A DNA stretch of 55,179 bases, the filler included, from Trypethelium eluteriae (taxonomy: Eukaryota): assembly GCA_051942245.1 (NCBI GenBank). It is 2 parts of 2 records of this genome, joined end to end, with 100 filler letters (N's around TTAATTAATTAA, not from the genome) between each part and the next. Parts side by side here need not be neighbours in the genome. Positions count along the whole stretch, not along the records: positions 1 to 27,544 come from JAVECL010000330.1; 1 more part is not named here. One strand, 5' to 3'. The position numbers were made by a program, and so were the translations under genes. The notes below the pieces were generated by a model, which did not search any database, had not been told where the DNA came from, and saw nothing but the letters and a program-made list of their open reading frames with translations. Position 1 is the first letter of the stretch; each line of letters starts with the position of its first letter. Below, one piece after another: positions 12,827-24,396 of this stretch.

Positions 12827-13618
12827 ATGCCTTCCCTCACCAAGCACCTGCTCTCCAAGTACAACGACGCCTTCACGTCGGCCACCCAGCAACCCTTTCT
12901 CTCCCACGCCGGTTGCGGTACCCTCTCTAGCAACGCCCTCTCCCAATGGCTCATCCAAGACTCACACTACGCTCGCGGCTACGTCTCCTTCATCGGCTCC
13001 CTCATCGCCAAAGTCCGCCTCCCCTTCACCGCCAACTCGCAATTCCACGTGCTCTACCGCACCATGGACCTCCTAATCTCCGCCCTGAACAACATCCGGC
13101 GCGAGATGTCCTTCTTCGAGATCACTGCGACCAAGTACAGCCTCGACCTACACAGCGACACCGCCGCCACCACCCCACCGAACCCCATCTGCCGCGCCTA
13201 CCTCGACCTTTTCGCCGCCGTGGGCAGCACCAGCGCGACGCTGCTCGAGGGCATGGTCGTGCTGTGGGCGACGGAGCACTGCTACCGCAGCGCCTGGAGC
13301 TACGCCGCCAGCTTCGGCAACTCGCTGCCCCCGCCCGCGCCCTCCACCGAGAACCACATCCTCGCGCTGCATCACGCCCTCATCCCCAACTGGACCACCC
13401 CCGCCTTTGGCAAGTTCGTCGATGCGTGTCGCGCGATGGTGGATGAGCTGGCTGGGGCAGAGAACACGAAGGTGAGCGAGGTGCAGATGAGGAGCGAGGA
13501 GCAGTTTGCGCAGGTGTTGTGGTTGGAGGAGAGGTTTTGGCCGGTGGTGGATGGTATGGGTGAGGAGAGGGATGGCGAGGACGGAGGAAGAGTTGCTGAA
13601 GGTGGGAGCGGGTCGTAG
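12827..13618 (+). CDS. TenA/THI-4/PQQC (heme-oxygenase-like fold) protein, TenA_E/PET18-like
   Basis: MPSLTKHLL...ATQQPFL..AG.GTL....LSQWLIQDSHY...NIRREMSFF...LWATEHCYRSAW...IPNWT...LEERFW. Glu rather than Cys at the expected TenA catalytic position. Strong GC3 codon bias. Confidence 0.85.
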   Translation: MPSLTKHLLSKYNDAFTSATQQPFLSHAGCGTLSSNALSQWLIQDSHYARGYVSFIGSLIAKVRLPFTANSQFHVLYRTMDLLISALNNIRREMSFFEITATKYSLDLHSDTAATTPPNPICRAYLDLFAAVGSTSATLLEGMVVLWATEHCYRSAWSYAASFGNSLPPPAPSTENHILALHHALIPNWTTPAFGKFVDACRAMVDELAGAENTKVSEVQMRSEEQFAQVLWLEERFWPVVDGMGEERDGEDGGRVAEGGSGS

Positions 13619-14070
13619 ATAGAGGAAGTGGCAAGGCGGAGAGGTTTGGAAAGAGGAGGATGGCTTTGGAGGGGAATGGAAGAGAGTGGGGAGGAGAAAG
13701 ACGAAAAGCGGCTCAGCAACAAAACGCACTTCGGAAAGACTTTGATTTCTATCTAGTATATCTACCCATTACGGCTTACTAGCCACGGTTTGTTGAGCTG
13801 AGCATGTCCCTGATAAGAGCAATATGGTCGAGTACTGGTCGAAGGCGTCAGCGTTGACTCCGATGTTTTTTGTACGGCGAAGATATCCGAGTAAATTTAC
13901 GGTACAGCATCTTCTTTTGCTTCAGTCAATGTTCAGAAATAAATCATTCCGTTTTGGCCTTGCCAAATATTTGTCGCTCTTGGTTTTCTTTCCATTCTAC
14001 CAATTCCGGGAGATAATGGTCATGCAATTATTCTGTCGGATAATTTCTATTCTTCCACTCCGCTCGCCTT

Positions 14071-15785
14071 CTAACGGCCAAACTTCCTTACTTCAAGCCA
14101 TCTCAATGGCGGAAAGACGAGCGCCGCCCACGCAAAGCCGACGTAATTTCCCATCTAAATCGAGCGTCAGTAAAGAACTCTCCACCCTCGTCAGCAAGAA
14201 CGCAAGACTCACATCAGCGCCATAATCTCCCACCAACTTCGCAATCGGCCCAATATACCATACTTGCGCCATACACAAAATCGCGCCCACCCAGCCTATT
14301 AAAAATGCAATCAATGCTGCAACGCCCAGAGGATGCTTTTTCTTCTCCGCCCACGCCTCCCAATCAAAGCCCCTCCGCCGTCTGAAGATGAGGACCTCCT
14401 CCACGCAGATCGCAAACCAGATCGAGACCCAGTACCCCATGAGCGCCAGGAAATTGGTAAAGATTTGGGCCAAGTGATCGCGCCCCACCGCGGCACATAC
14501 CGTGTAAATGACGACTCCGACTGTATTCCACACCACGCGTGGCACGCGTGCAAACACTCTGCCGAGGACCTGAAAGTCCACGCCGGAGCTGTACGTCGTG
14601 GGGATCAGGTTCGCGACCAAGCCCAACGCGACCACGACGCCGCAGAAGCTACCGAACGCGCCGAGGGGCTGATAGGCCTCGACGATGAGGGCGCCCTGTG
14701 AGACGCCGTACGCGGAGTTCCAAGCAGCGTGGTTGGGCAGCCCCGACGCGAGGCCGATGCCGAGGATGAGGGCAAAGGTGAAGGAGAGGGTGAGGCCCAG
14801 GAGAGTGACTGCGAAGATGGGGAGGCGAGGCGTGTGAGAGGGGTAGTAGACGAAGTAGTCTGCTGCACCACCGGCGTAGGTCACGGCGGCGCTGAAGCAG
14901 AGGCTGAAGAAGCTGAGGCGGTCGCCAGCGATGGTAGCAGCGTTCGAACCCTGGCTTGGAGTCGTGAGGTCGAAGGATGGCCCCGCCACGCCAGCAAGGA
15001 TGCAAAGAACGACCAATTGGGGGGCCCACGCATAGCGCTCGTAGTAGTGGAATATGGAATACCCGAAAGTGGTGATGGCCCAGGTTACAATAGCGACGAT
15101 GACTATGCCGACGACGATCGTGAGAGGGTGAGAAGAGGGAGAGACAGCAGACAAGATCTGTCCAGCGACGACGGTATCGATGAGGGCATAACCGAGGAGG
15201 GTGATCAGTTCAAGGATGACGATGAGTTTGCTCGGGTAATAGCCCATGGTATAGCGCGTCAGAATCATGGTCCGGTTTCCGGAAATAGGGCCGAAGGTCG
15301 CAATAGCGGCTACGGGAAGACAGCCCTAATGAGAAAAGTTAAAGAATATTCACAGGAATGGAAAGGTGGAAGAATGGGTCTAAGATATCCTGGAACAGAT
15401 GGGAAGGTGAACATACAAGAATGACGCCAAAAACGGCGCAAAGGGCAGCATCACGGAAGCTGAGGTAGTATACTGCAGGCCCAAGCATGCCAAGAGTGAT
15501 ATTGTTCGCGGCAAGATTGACGGAGAACCAAAGGATAGCGACTTGTGCATAGCCCAGAGATTTGAGATCGTGTCGTTCCTCGGCTTCTACTCGCTTGATA
15601 CCGCGGGTTTCGAGATTGTAGGCCACCATTTGACCTTCAAGCCGCTGAAGGCATTGTCTGAAACTCGACACAGGTCGTTGAGGCGGTTCATAATGGTGGC
15701 CAGAGTCGAGTGGACGAGAATCGGTAACATGCTGGTGGTCTGACGAGAGATCCACACGTCCCTTTTCCACATCCATTTTTGACAT
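14071..15785 (-). CDS. NCS1 / purine-cytosine permease family transporter (FCY2/TPN1-like), TPP-riboswitch associated
   Basis: LETRGIKRVE, LWFSVNLAANN, FGPISGNRTMILTRYTMGY, AADYFVYYP, NFLALMGYW, CMAQVWYIGPIA and many TM helices. Introns 15326-15416 and 14155-14212. Ends LEVRKFGR-TAG. Confidence 0.92.
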
Positions 15786-15788
15786 TCC

Positions 15789-16122
15789 CTGATATAGTCA
15801 GTCGATGATTTTATAGCGGCGGGCAGAGATGCATGAGTCCTTTCGCTGGAATTATCCAGATCAAGTTCAACCGTATGATCTCAGAACGCTCAGTCGTACA
15901 CCATTTCCATATCCTTTCATGGGAGGCACGAAGGATTGGGTGAATAGCAATACAGGAAAGAGCGAACACCGGTTACATGCAGTTCTCAATCTATACCTTG
16001 ATCGATTGATATTCCTAGACGAATGGGCTTCATTGTCGCTTGCAACGGGCTGGAATTCTTTACTTTTGGTCTCTAGTATCGAATGCGTCGGAGAAATGTT
16101 GATGTAAATAAAGTCGTCGTAC
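15789..16122 (-). promoter_or_regulatory. Riboswitch-containing 5'-UTR intron with two candidate 5' splice sites and a uORF
   Basis: Distal donor GG|GTACGA at 16122, proximal donor AAG|GTATAG at 15996, uATG at 16033. Branch point ACTGAC at about 15797-15802. Acceptor CAG ends at 15789, three nt before the permease ATG at 15785. Confidence 0.7.
15830..15981 (-). ncRNA. Thiamine pyrophosphate (TPP) riboswitch aptamer in a 5' intron of the NCS1 permease
   Basis: Minus strand reads TGCATG-T-AACCGGTGTTCGCTC-[~70 nt]-GAGCGTTCTGAGATCATACGGTTGAACTTGATCTGGATAATTCCAGCGAAAGGACTCATGCA. P1 TGCATG/CATGCA, P2 AACCG/CGGTT, P3 CGCTC/GAGCG, conserved CTGAGA, P5 CTGGA-TAAT-TCCAG, and GCGAAAGG. This matches the fungal TPP consensus. 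Confidence 0.95.
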
Positions 16123-16469
16123 CCGCACAGAGCTTCTTTTCGAGACGTGCTCAATAAATTAGACGTCGGATCAAGTTACACGAAGGACTGGGCAAATTGG
16201 AATCAATGCAACAGTTTCTTAATGCTTAAGGTACTGTGGAAATCCAACTCACGTCTGTACGGAGTAGTGACGTAAAATATATTAGGTACTCGGCTGGGTT
16301 TCCATTTTTCCGAAGCAGATCTTACGGTAGGCATGGTATGAGAGTGCTTGACCAGCGGACATTCAAACACCAATAACCATACATTCAGTTTTCTTTTATT
16401 TTCTAATACGTTTCTCCTGATTTGAAGATTGTCTACTGTTTGGGTATCATTTCCGCACATTTATTCCCA

Positions 16470-17787
16470 TCAATTGACTCCGTTTGTACCTTTCTCGAGT
16501 CCCCCGCCGCCACCCTCATCGTCGTCCTCTTCCAAATTCAGCAACGGAAACGTCAAAATCGCGGCCACGTTCCCTAATCCCTCTAATCTTTTCCCGCTCT
16601 CATGCTCCGAGCTAAAGATTCTTACCTCGCCGCCCTCCACGTCTCTCACCTTATCCACTAAGCCCACCCACTTTCTTCTCGTGTCCATATCATGGCTACG
16701 AAACAAAGCATTACTGATCAGCAGGACTCCGCCTCCCCTCCCCACAGCGCCCTTCTCGACAGCTTTAGTAACTTCCCTATGTCCGTACCACGCCCTCCCG
16801 TCATCTTTGCGAATCAATTCCATCAACTTATCCATAAGCGCTGTCTCGCGCATGTATTTGGTGTCCTTGAGCCGAGCCTTGACTGCCTGCGATGCCAGCG
16901 CTTCGTTGAGTGAGTGCAGATGTCCGCTCGAAGCGTGTGCCGTAAGGATCTGAGGGAGGAAATTGCGGAGAGGCTTATCGTTGGCTTGAGTGGCAGTTTG
17001 CTTGATGAAGGCTTGGAAACTGGACGCTGTGAAACCCGGTGAGACAAGGAGGAGAGGTTTGGGATCGGAGAGGTCGATTTGCCGGAGTAAAGTGTCGAGG
17101 GTGGTGCGGAAGAACTTCTCCTGGGCCTTAAAAGGCATGCTTTAGCCGCGACGACCTTCAAAGGAAATCCCTATGGCTCTCGAATGTACCTTATCATGCT
17201 CTCCACGTAAATTGGACCTCTTGCCTGGCATCTTAGTTTCTACCGTTGTCTTCAACACTGTTTGGTGCTCTGTAATCAAGCATATATTTGCCAGACCCTC
17301 CTGCATTACTACTGCGAACATTTCCGCCTTCTTCGTCTGATCAAGCGCATCCTGTAACATTCCCAAAGCAACACTATCCCACCCCTCCGCTTTCTCCAAC
17401 GTCAAATTTCTGTGAAGTTCAAGGTCAAGAGTGTGATGGCCACCCAACTTCACATACTGGTTCTCTTCTGCAACCTGCCCCGAAACGTGCAACTGTGAAG
17501 CCTGTGCGTCGAAGTCGGTGGACTTGACTCGGATCAGGAGGTTGAGGGTGACGCGTCGAGATGCTGTGGAACCAGTCGCAGTTTCGTTAGTGATGCGGCG
17601 AATGGCACTCGCCCTGAGCAAATCGTTGGGCCGGATGAGGTTGTAGAGGTGCCACTACTGGGCAGATTAGCGATGATCGCTCGTGTGTCTGGCGTAGGGT
17701 ATCTACCATATCTTCTGGGTCTTCCGGCAGCAGGGTTGCACTTCCGGATCCATCTCGTTGTAGAATACTTTGTTTGATGAGCCGCAT
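16470..17787 (-). CDS. DOM34: Pelota / Dom34 ribosome rescue factor (eRF1 family)
   Basis: MRLIKQSILQRDGSGSATLLPEDPEDM|WHLYNLIRPND, LHVSGQVAEENQYVKLGGHHTLDLEL, AVVMQEGLANICLIT, SPGF, RAWYG, HESGKRLEGLGNVAAILTFPL. Two introns. Confidence 0.96.
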
Positions 17788-18407
17788 GGTGTGCGGTCTA
17801 GGTGGGCCGGCGAAGCGAGAAGCTCGTCACTCGCCCTTGACTCAGGGTAGAGATACGCGAGGTGTTGGAAAAAGTGATGCTGTTTGCAGTTTCATGGTGA
17901 GCTGGTGGATGGTGGGCGGGGTCTCATGAATAATGATGTGGGGGGACGATCAAAGGCCTAAGGACGGTGGGACATTCATTGGAGGTGGCCGATACTTTTA
18001 GGTTGGCCTTCGCATCAGAAACAGGAGCACTGCGATTTATAAATACCTATCCTTTCTATTCTTGCTTTTAGTCTCGCTCTTATCAGAGGCCCAACTCAGT
18101 CAAGCTAAACATTTCTTTCCTCTGTGATGACGACCTTCTGGAACTCAGGAAGAGCAAGATCAAACTGTATTGGCCACCTCCAATGTCAGTAAGCCTTGGT
18201 AGGCCGACTTTTCCAAACCTGTCTCTTTCCATCCACTGCATTTGCTTCTTGACTGACGTTCAAGACGGGAAAAGCAAGGTCCTCGTGAAATGCCTTTGTT
18301 GTACCAGACAAGTATCGCTCTGTTGGATAGCTAGCGCCGATATAGCCCTGAACCAATTACTCTATGAGCACTTGCCTCTCTCTATCGTATTCAACACACA
18401 ATGTCCG

Positions 18408-19719
18408 TCAATCCCTACTTGTTGTGGGATCCCAAGCGCACGGAGAGTACTCCGAAGTCTCTAATTGCTTCATATCTTCAGCGTTCAACTCAAAATCGTA
18501 CACATTAGCATTCTCCTCAATTCTTGAGTGCGTGATCGATTTTGGCAGTGGCACGAATCCCTGAGTAGTGACTCGTGTCAGTAGTCGAGAGCATACAGTT
18601 CAACAGCCACACCTACCATCTGTAGACTCCACCGCACAAGGATCTGGGCCGGCGTCTTGTTGTACTTCTTCGACAAAGATACGAGCCGAGAATCATTCAT
18701 CCTTTGCGCTCTTACAAGGGGCGAATATGCCTTGTCACCCAATTAGACGAACAGTCCGATATTACATCATTAACTTTGGGTAGAGGACATACCTCAAGCA
18801 GAACCCCCCTTTTCTCGCACCACTGTACGATATCGCCCCTTGCCAACCATGGATGCAATTCCACCTGGTTGATACTTAGTACACCTCCTTTTCCCGTCCC
18901 TTCTTTCTCTTCTATGTTCTTGATGTGCTCTTCCAGCTCATCCAAATGATGAACTCCATAATTGGATACACCGATCGACTTTACTTTTCCTTCCTCGACT
19001 GCTTCAGTCAGTGCTTTCCAGGCACCCAGGCGTCCGGACTTTCCTCCATATGGTGCATGGATAAGATAGAGGTCAATGTAGTCGAGTCCGGTCTTCCTCA
19101 AGGATTCATCAACGCAAGCTTTGGCATCTTTGTAGTTGACTGATCGAGGAGGGACTTTTGACGTGAAGAAGAGCTCGCTTCTGGGAACGCCGGCTCTGAG
19201 TATGCCCGCTGCGGAGGAACTTTCGTTGCGATAGACCGTTGCCGAGTCAACCTTGGTGTAACAGGTGATCAACACAAGATCTGAACGAATTTAAAGCCGA
19301 AGTGACTCACATGGCGATATCCTGTCTTTATAGCGTATTGAGTCACGTCTTCAGCGACGTTCGCGGGTCTATCCTCTATTCAGCAGTGCTTGAAGAGAAA
19401 TGTATCGAGCTCTTAGCTACGTTTGATAGACCTATGTTGAGCAAAGAAGTCAATATATGCTTTCTATCAAGAGCAATGAGATGAGCAGTATATTGGTATC
19501 CGGAGCTGAACATGTCACATCCACCGTGATGGCAAGTGGCCAGAAGGTGATATCTTGATAGTCCATACAGGGCCACACTTACACCAAAACCCAGTACTGG
19601 GATCTCATGACTAGAGAGTACACAATTAGTACATACAAACACTATTGCCTTGCGCCGGATGTGTGCAAGACCCACCCAGAGTTCATTCGATATTTTGACC
19701 ATACATCGAGCTTTGCCAT
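18408..19719 (-). CDS. Aldo-keto reductase, multi-exon, including an 11-nt micro-exon
   Basis: [56 protein letters not shown] and GFVPLPKS. Catalytic D/Y/K/H are present. Stop TGA at 18408-18410. Confidence 0.92.
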
Positions 19720-22700
19720 AGTGGTGATGGTCGAGTTAAACTGCCTTTGCGAGGCATAAAAATATTGTCTGTGGATCGAGGGTAGCCGAAGTACGGGAGG
19801 CGCAAATAACATCACACTTTGAAAACTTGAAAGGGTCAATGCAGCTTGTTGAAGCTTTAGGCGAAACAGTTGTGGTCTTGAAGTCTCCGAAGTCTTCTCA
19901 GGTGGTCAGTAACAACCGGAAAAAGGCGAAGTGGCAAACTCGCACTACTCTTCAGCTTGTGAGTATACTTGCACGCTAGACGGCCTGAGAAGGAAAATGC
20001 CCGGAACAGAGGCGAAGTAATGTCTACTGTAGAGGGGCAGGATAAGATCATATGATCTCAGGAGCGCTCATGGAGGTGAAATTGACAGTTATAGATGCAT
20101 GACGTCAATACATGTTTCACATCCAGTTACTCTGTATTTTCGACTTTACCAGTGTTCTTACTGAATGGCCTCACACGGTCATTTCTACACGGGAATGATG
20201 AGGTCCAAGATTGTTAGGTCTGGTTGAAACAACTCCTCTTGCTATCTAGGCGATGTGCTCTAATCCTAAAATCCACATCTGCCAAATTGCTTTACACGTG
20301 GTTAGCTTAGTTGAGAGCCGGCAATAGCTGGGCTAACTCAGGGCTGTGACTTAGCACAGTACTGTCAACACCATAGAAAAGCTGGAACCGGTACATCTAC
20401 ACAAGATGGTAGAGGAGCACCTCAAGGCTATCTTCATTACGCAAGTATCGTCCACTGTAGAAGTCGTCGTGAAGTCTGAAAGAATGTCATGATCGGCTCT
20501 CGTCGAGAAGTCTCTTACGAGCTTGCGGAGTAAAAGGAGTCATTATCGTTTGCTTCTTGAGAAGCCTCAACAGGACTGTTGATCATCTAATCATGGTTCT
20601 CTTCCGTTGCAATCGTCACCTGTTAGCTTTCGTTGCAGATACTATGCGTTTTGAACGGGCAAGGGATAAAGGAAGCAGTAGAAGCGCGAATCTCAGTCGA
20701 CTAAACTGCCCGTGAGCGGCAACGATATTGCCGATTCGCGCACATGGGTTAATTATTTAAGCTTGGACCGGTGAAGATTCATTGAGAGCTTGGCGAGCGT
20801 AGCACGGGGGATTCCAGAGAGGATTGGCTTGGTTTTGCGCAGGACCAGCAGCCTAATCGAATAGAGCAGCCCATATACTTGATCCAACCAGAAGACGGAG
20901 TACTATCTATGTTAAGACTTCCCAATAAGATCATTGAGAGACCAGATGTCCACTTTCACGGTCTACCGGGGACACAAAGGTACTTGGTAGACAGCAGTAG
21001 TCTATCCTCTACTGATCGCACTACGAAAATGAAGATGGAACATGGGATGTAGAGAAGGGCGGATTTAACATCAAGACAAATCAGAGCGAAACTCAAGAGA
21101 ACGACAAGTTTTCTCAACAGTATCTATAAGACAACATCGGAAGAATGGAGGACGTTTTCGCGAGACCTGATTTCAATGAAGGATCCATCTCCTAAGGAAA
21201 GGTTGCAGGGATGGAGCAACTAGTAGACGAAACCATGCCATCAGAGCAATTTCCGGTGAAGAAGCAACCACCGTTCCGACATGTTAAAATTTAGTTTACC
21301 TGTAGAAAGGATATGGGCTGAGCGACTCATCCTAAATAGCACTGAAATCCCTAGTGTGGTTGGTGATTTTGTTGTCAGCCCATGCACGTCTAGAGTATTC
21401 CGATAATACTCGATCTTGGCAAGTAGTTTAAGTACGTGTCTTATTCTCGAGCCAAAACATTTGAGACTGTACGTGATGTCGTTGGCTTGTGAGAACTCTC
21501 GAATTGTTGTAGATCGCAATAGATAGTAACTAACTGGCAGTCGATGATTTAGGCTTAATTTGCTGATGTGCGATCGGCATGGATTACCCACTTGACTCAA
21601 TAAGAGACAGCAAACCTGGATGCCGACTGACGATGGAGACATCTTTCTTGCAGAGCATACAGACATCAGGAGATAGATAGTGTCTGGAGGTGATGGAAAC
21701 TACAAGGCGCAGCAAAGCAGGGGTAATAAAATTATGATTGATGCATTTGATGATATAAGAGGCGCCATTATAGAGACTGCTATAGCTCCAGAGCCTTTTT
21801 GGCTTCACGACGGCTCGGAAATAATTGGTCTGCACCCAATTTAGCATTGTGCACCAAGAAGCCGTTGAGCTGGTGGCACTGGTTCAACAGGGGTGATCTA
21901 GTGTGAACCGTCCAGACGCATCCAAACGCTGGCTGACAACCACGTCGACACCGAGTAAACGCTAAAGAAGCAACCTCATCTCTGCCTCATCCGTTTCTGG
22001 CTTCGAAATATTATTAGCGTGCCGTGACGAAAATGGAGGCAGAGATAGGGCTCACGTGTGGCAGAGTGACACTGCCTGCGTAGGCGAAAACGATGAGATG
22101 GAATACTCCGTCAGATTGAAAAGGCGTGATGTGCTCGCGCACCGGCTGTTCTCCGCACAACAACACGGCGAAGGATTTCGCTTAGGTAGGCACGGTACCT
22201 AGGATGGGGGAGAGGCTAAATCGATGCGAAATCTCGACGAAGCTCAAGGGTCCCTTCACCCCACCCTCTCACCCACGCCTGCACCCCTGGGTGGCACCAC
22301 GGGGCATTGCTGAAGAGGGCCAAGGCTCCAGGACGGGTATCGCGGGATCTTCAGGCGCTCAGGCAGCTTGATCAATGGAAATGATGGTGTGAAGCACGGT
22401 GGGCACGGAAGGATTGCGGCCTCAAGCGGCATGAGCAATGTGCAGACTTCTATTATGCATGCCAGTTTTTTAAGACACTCAAGGGTGCATGCGGAGGCTT
22501 CAATTACTTGAGGCTGGCTGTGAGTGGTTGCGAAACACTCCGTTTTGCCCGATCCGCGGAGGATTCAGGTCTGAAACGTAGCCGAACGTGATGTACCTAC
22601 CCACCTACCCATCCACGCAATCCAAGATCAGCATCCCGCTCCAGACCCCTTCTCCACGGTCTCTCCCGAAGAATGACCTTCTCCTCCGAACCACTACCGT

Positions 22701-22953
22701 AGACGATTTGGGGGCCGAGTCTCCCCTTCTAAGATCAGCTGTCCTCCAAATGTACCTGTGTCGCCACTGATCAACCCAAGTTTCAAGCAAGGCTGATCAT
22801 GGAAGACAGGCCTGTGACTTGAGCAGAATGTGGTGCATGGTGCTCCAGGTTACATGAAAGAACCCCTTGCATATCCCGAATCTGCTGGACCTTCGCTTGG
22901 CGAGGGAGGATTGTGTTGGTTTCGAGGACTGTCTATTTTCCGACTATGGACCA

Positions 22954-24396
22954 TCACTCTCGCCATTCAGCACCGTTGCCCACACCACGAATTCCTGTCT
23001 CACCCGAAGCTTCGTGATTCCAGGCATGTCTTTCGTCGGTACTGTCAATGTCGTCCTCAAATGCAGAAGGATCGGCCAACCCATCAGCACCATTCTGGCC
23101 ATGACCCACATAGCCATTCACGGTGTTTAGCTTGGTATCTTGCGTTCTCGATGCTCGATCGTTTGCCTCCGCTACACTTTCATCTGCTGAGACTGAAATG
23201 CCGCGCGGACCCCACTTATTGTGCGTCGAGCGAGAGCCAGTTCTAGCCGAGCCGTTTCCCGGTTCAGTTGAGTCGTTTGATGCAGACTGTCTCTCCTCAT
23301 CTTCTAGATCCTGCCTCCCTGGTCCTATCAGACGACTGACCAACCAACCACGGCTTAGATCTTCAGAGTCGACGATGCCTCCGCCCCTGAGCTTGACCCG
23401 TTGGCGCGTCCAGTATACCCAAGCAAAGTCTAGGTACAAGGCAGTCTGGACCACACCAAAGATCCATGAGATTGGATCCCAGTAGCCACTTTCTTTTGCG
23501 ACCCTGACGATCCAATTCAAAATGTAAAATGCCCGGTAGGACCCAAGGGTCACCAAATAATAGGAGTCGATGACTGTGGGCACTGTCGTCTGCCGAAGTA
23601 AGAGCAGCTGAGGAAGAACGCAAACCGATTCGAGGATGATCGAGAAAGTCCAGAGCATCTGCAGGGTCAATGACAAATTAGCGCTGCAATGTAGTAGAAT
23701 CCAACTGTAGGCCACAAAGACGTAAAGCCCCTTTCTCCAACAAGTCGATAGTGTACCTGCTTCTGTGGTTGCGCTATCGAGCCTTAACCCGTTCCCGCCC
23801 GCTGCTGCACCTGAAAGGCTCAAGCAGAACTGTGCCGCAAGGCGATTTACGCGGATGCAACTTTCTTTTGTAAAGAATTCTGCCTAATATGCAAATCTCC
23901 AGGTCGAGTGATATTTACTCACCTCGAAGAAAGTCCACTTCTGTTTATCTTCGAAGGTCATGCAGATAAACGGAGCCGAGACGATCGCTGCCCCTAGGCA
24001 GTATGTGCCCATCTTCCATGCCTTTTCTCGTTCTCGAGTTCGCGCAAACACTTTCATCATAATAACCACGGTGTAGAGAGACGTTGCGATGTAAAGCAGC
24101 TTCAGAACCAGATTCCAGTACCACAGTGCGTGATGCGGACTTGGCAAATCGATCCGATGTGGTAGCCACAGATCTGAATATCTGGTGACGAAAACCAAGG
24201 TGTAGAGGGTCTGCGTAATGAGGGAGACGCCTAAACATCAGACAGTTTATGGTCAGCGTCTTTGAGTTTGAGGGTTCGATGGGATCGGCACACCTTCGGC
24301 GCTTCTGTTCCAATGGATTGCCCATATCAGAATGACTTTCGAAAGCGCGTGCGACACGTCGCCGGCAACTCGAAACGCATTAACTGTGTAGGCCAT
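22954..24396 (-). CDS. ERD2: ER lumen protein-retaining (HDEL/KDEL) receptor family protein with a long C-terminal tail
   Basis: MAYTVNAFRVAGDVSH, SAEG|VSLITQTLY..VFVTRY.DL, LWTFSIILESVCVLPQL, TLGSYRAFYILNWI and VQTALYLDF. Two introns. It may be the ERD2-like paralog rather than the canonical orthologue. Confidence 0.85.

Noticed and set aside
12946..15424. Long overlapping and antisense ORFs (12946-13446, 13148-13729, 14729-15424)
   Set aside because: These are shadows of the GC3-rich TenA and permease genes.
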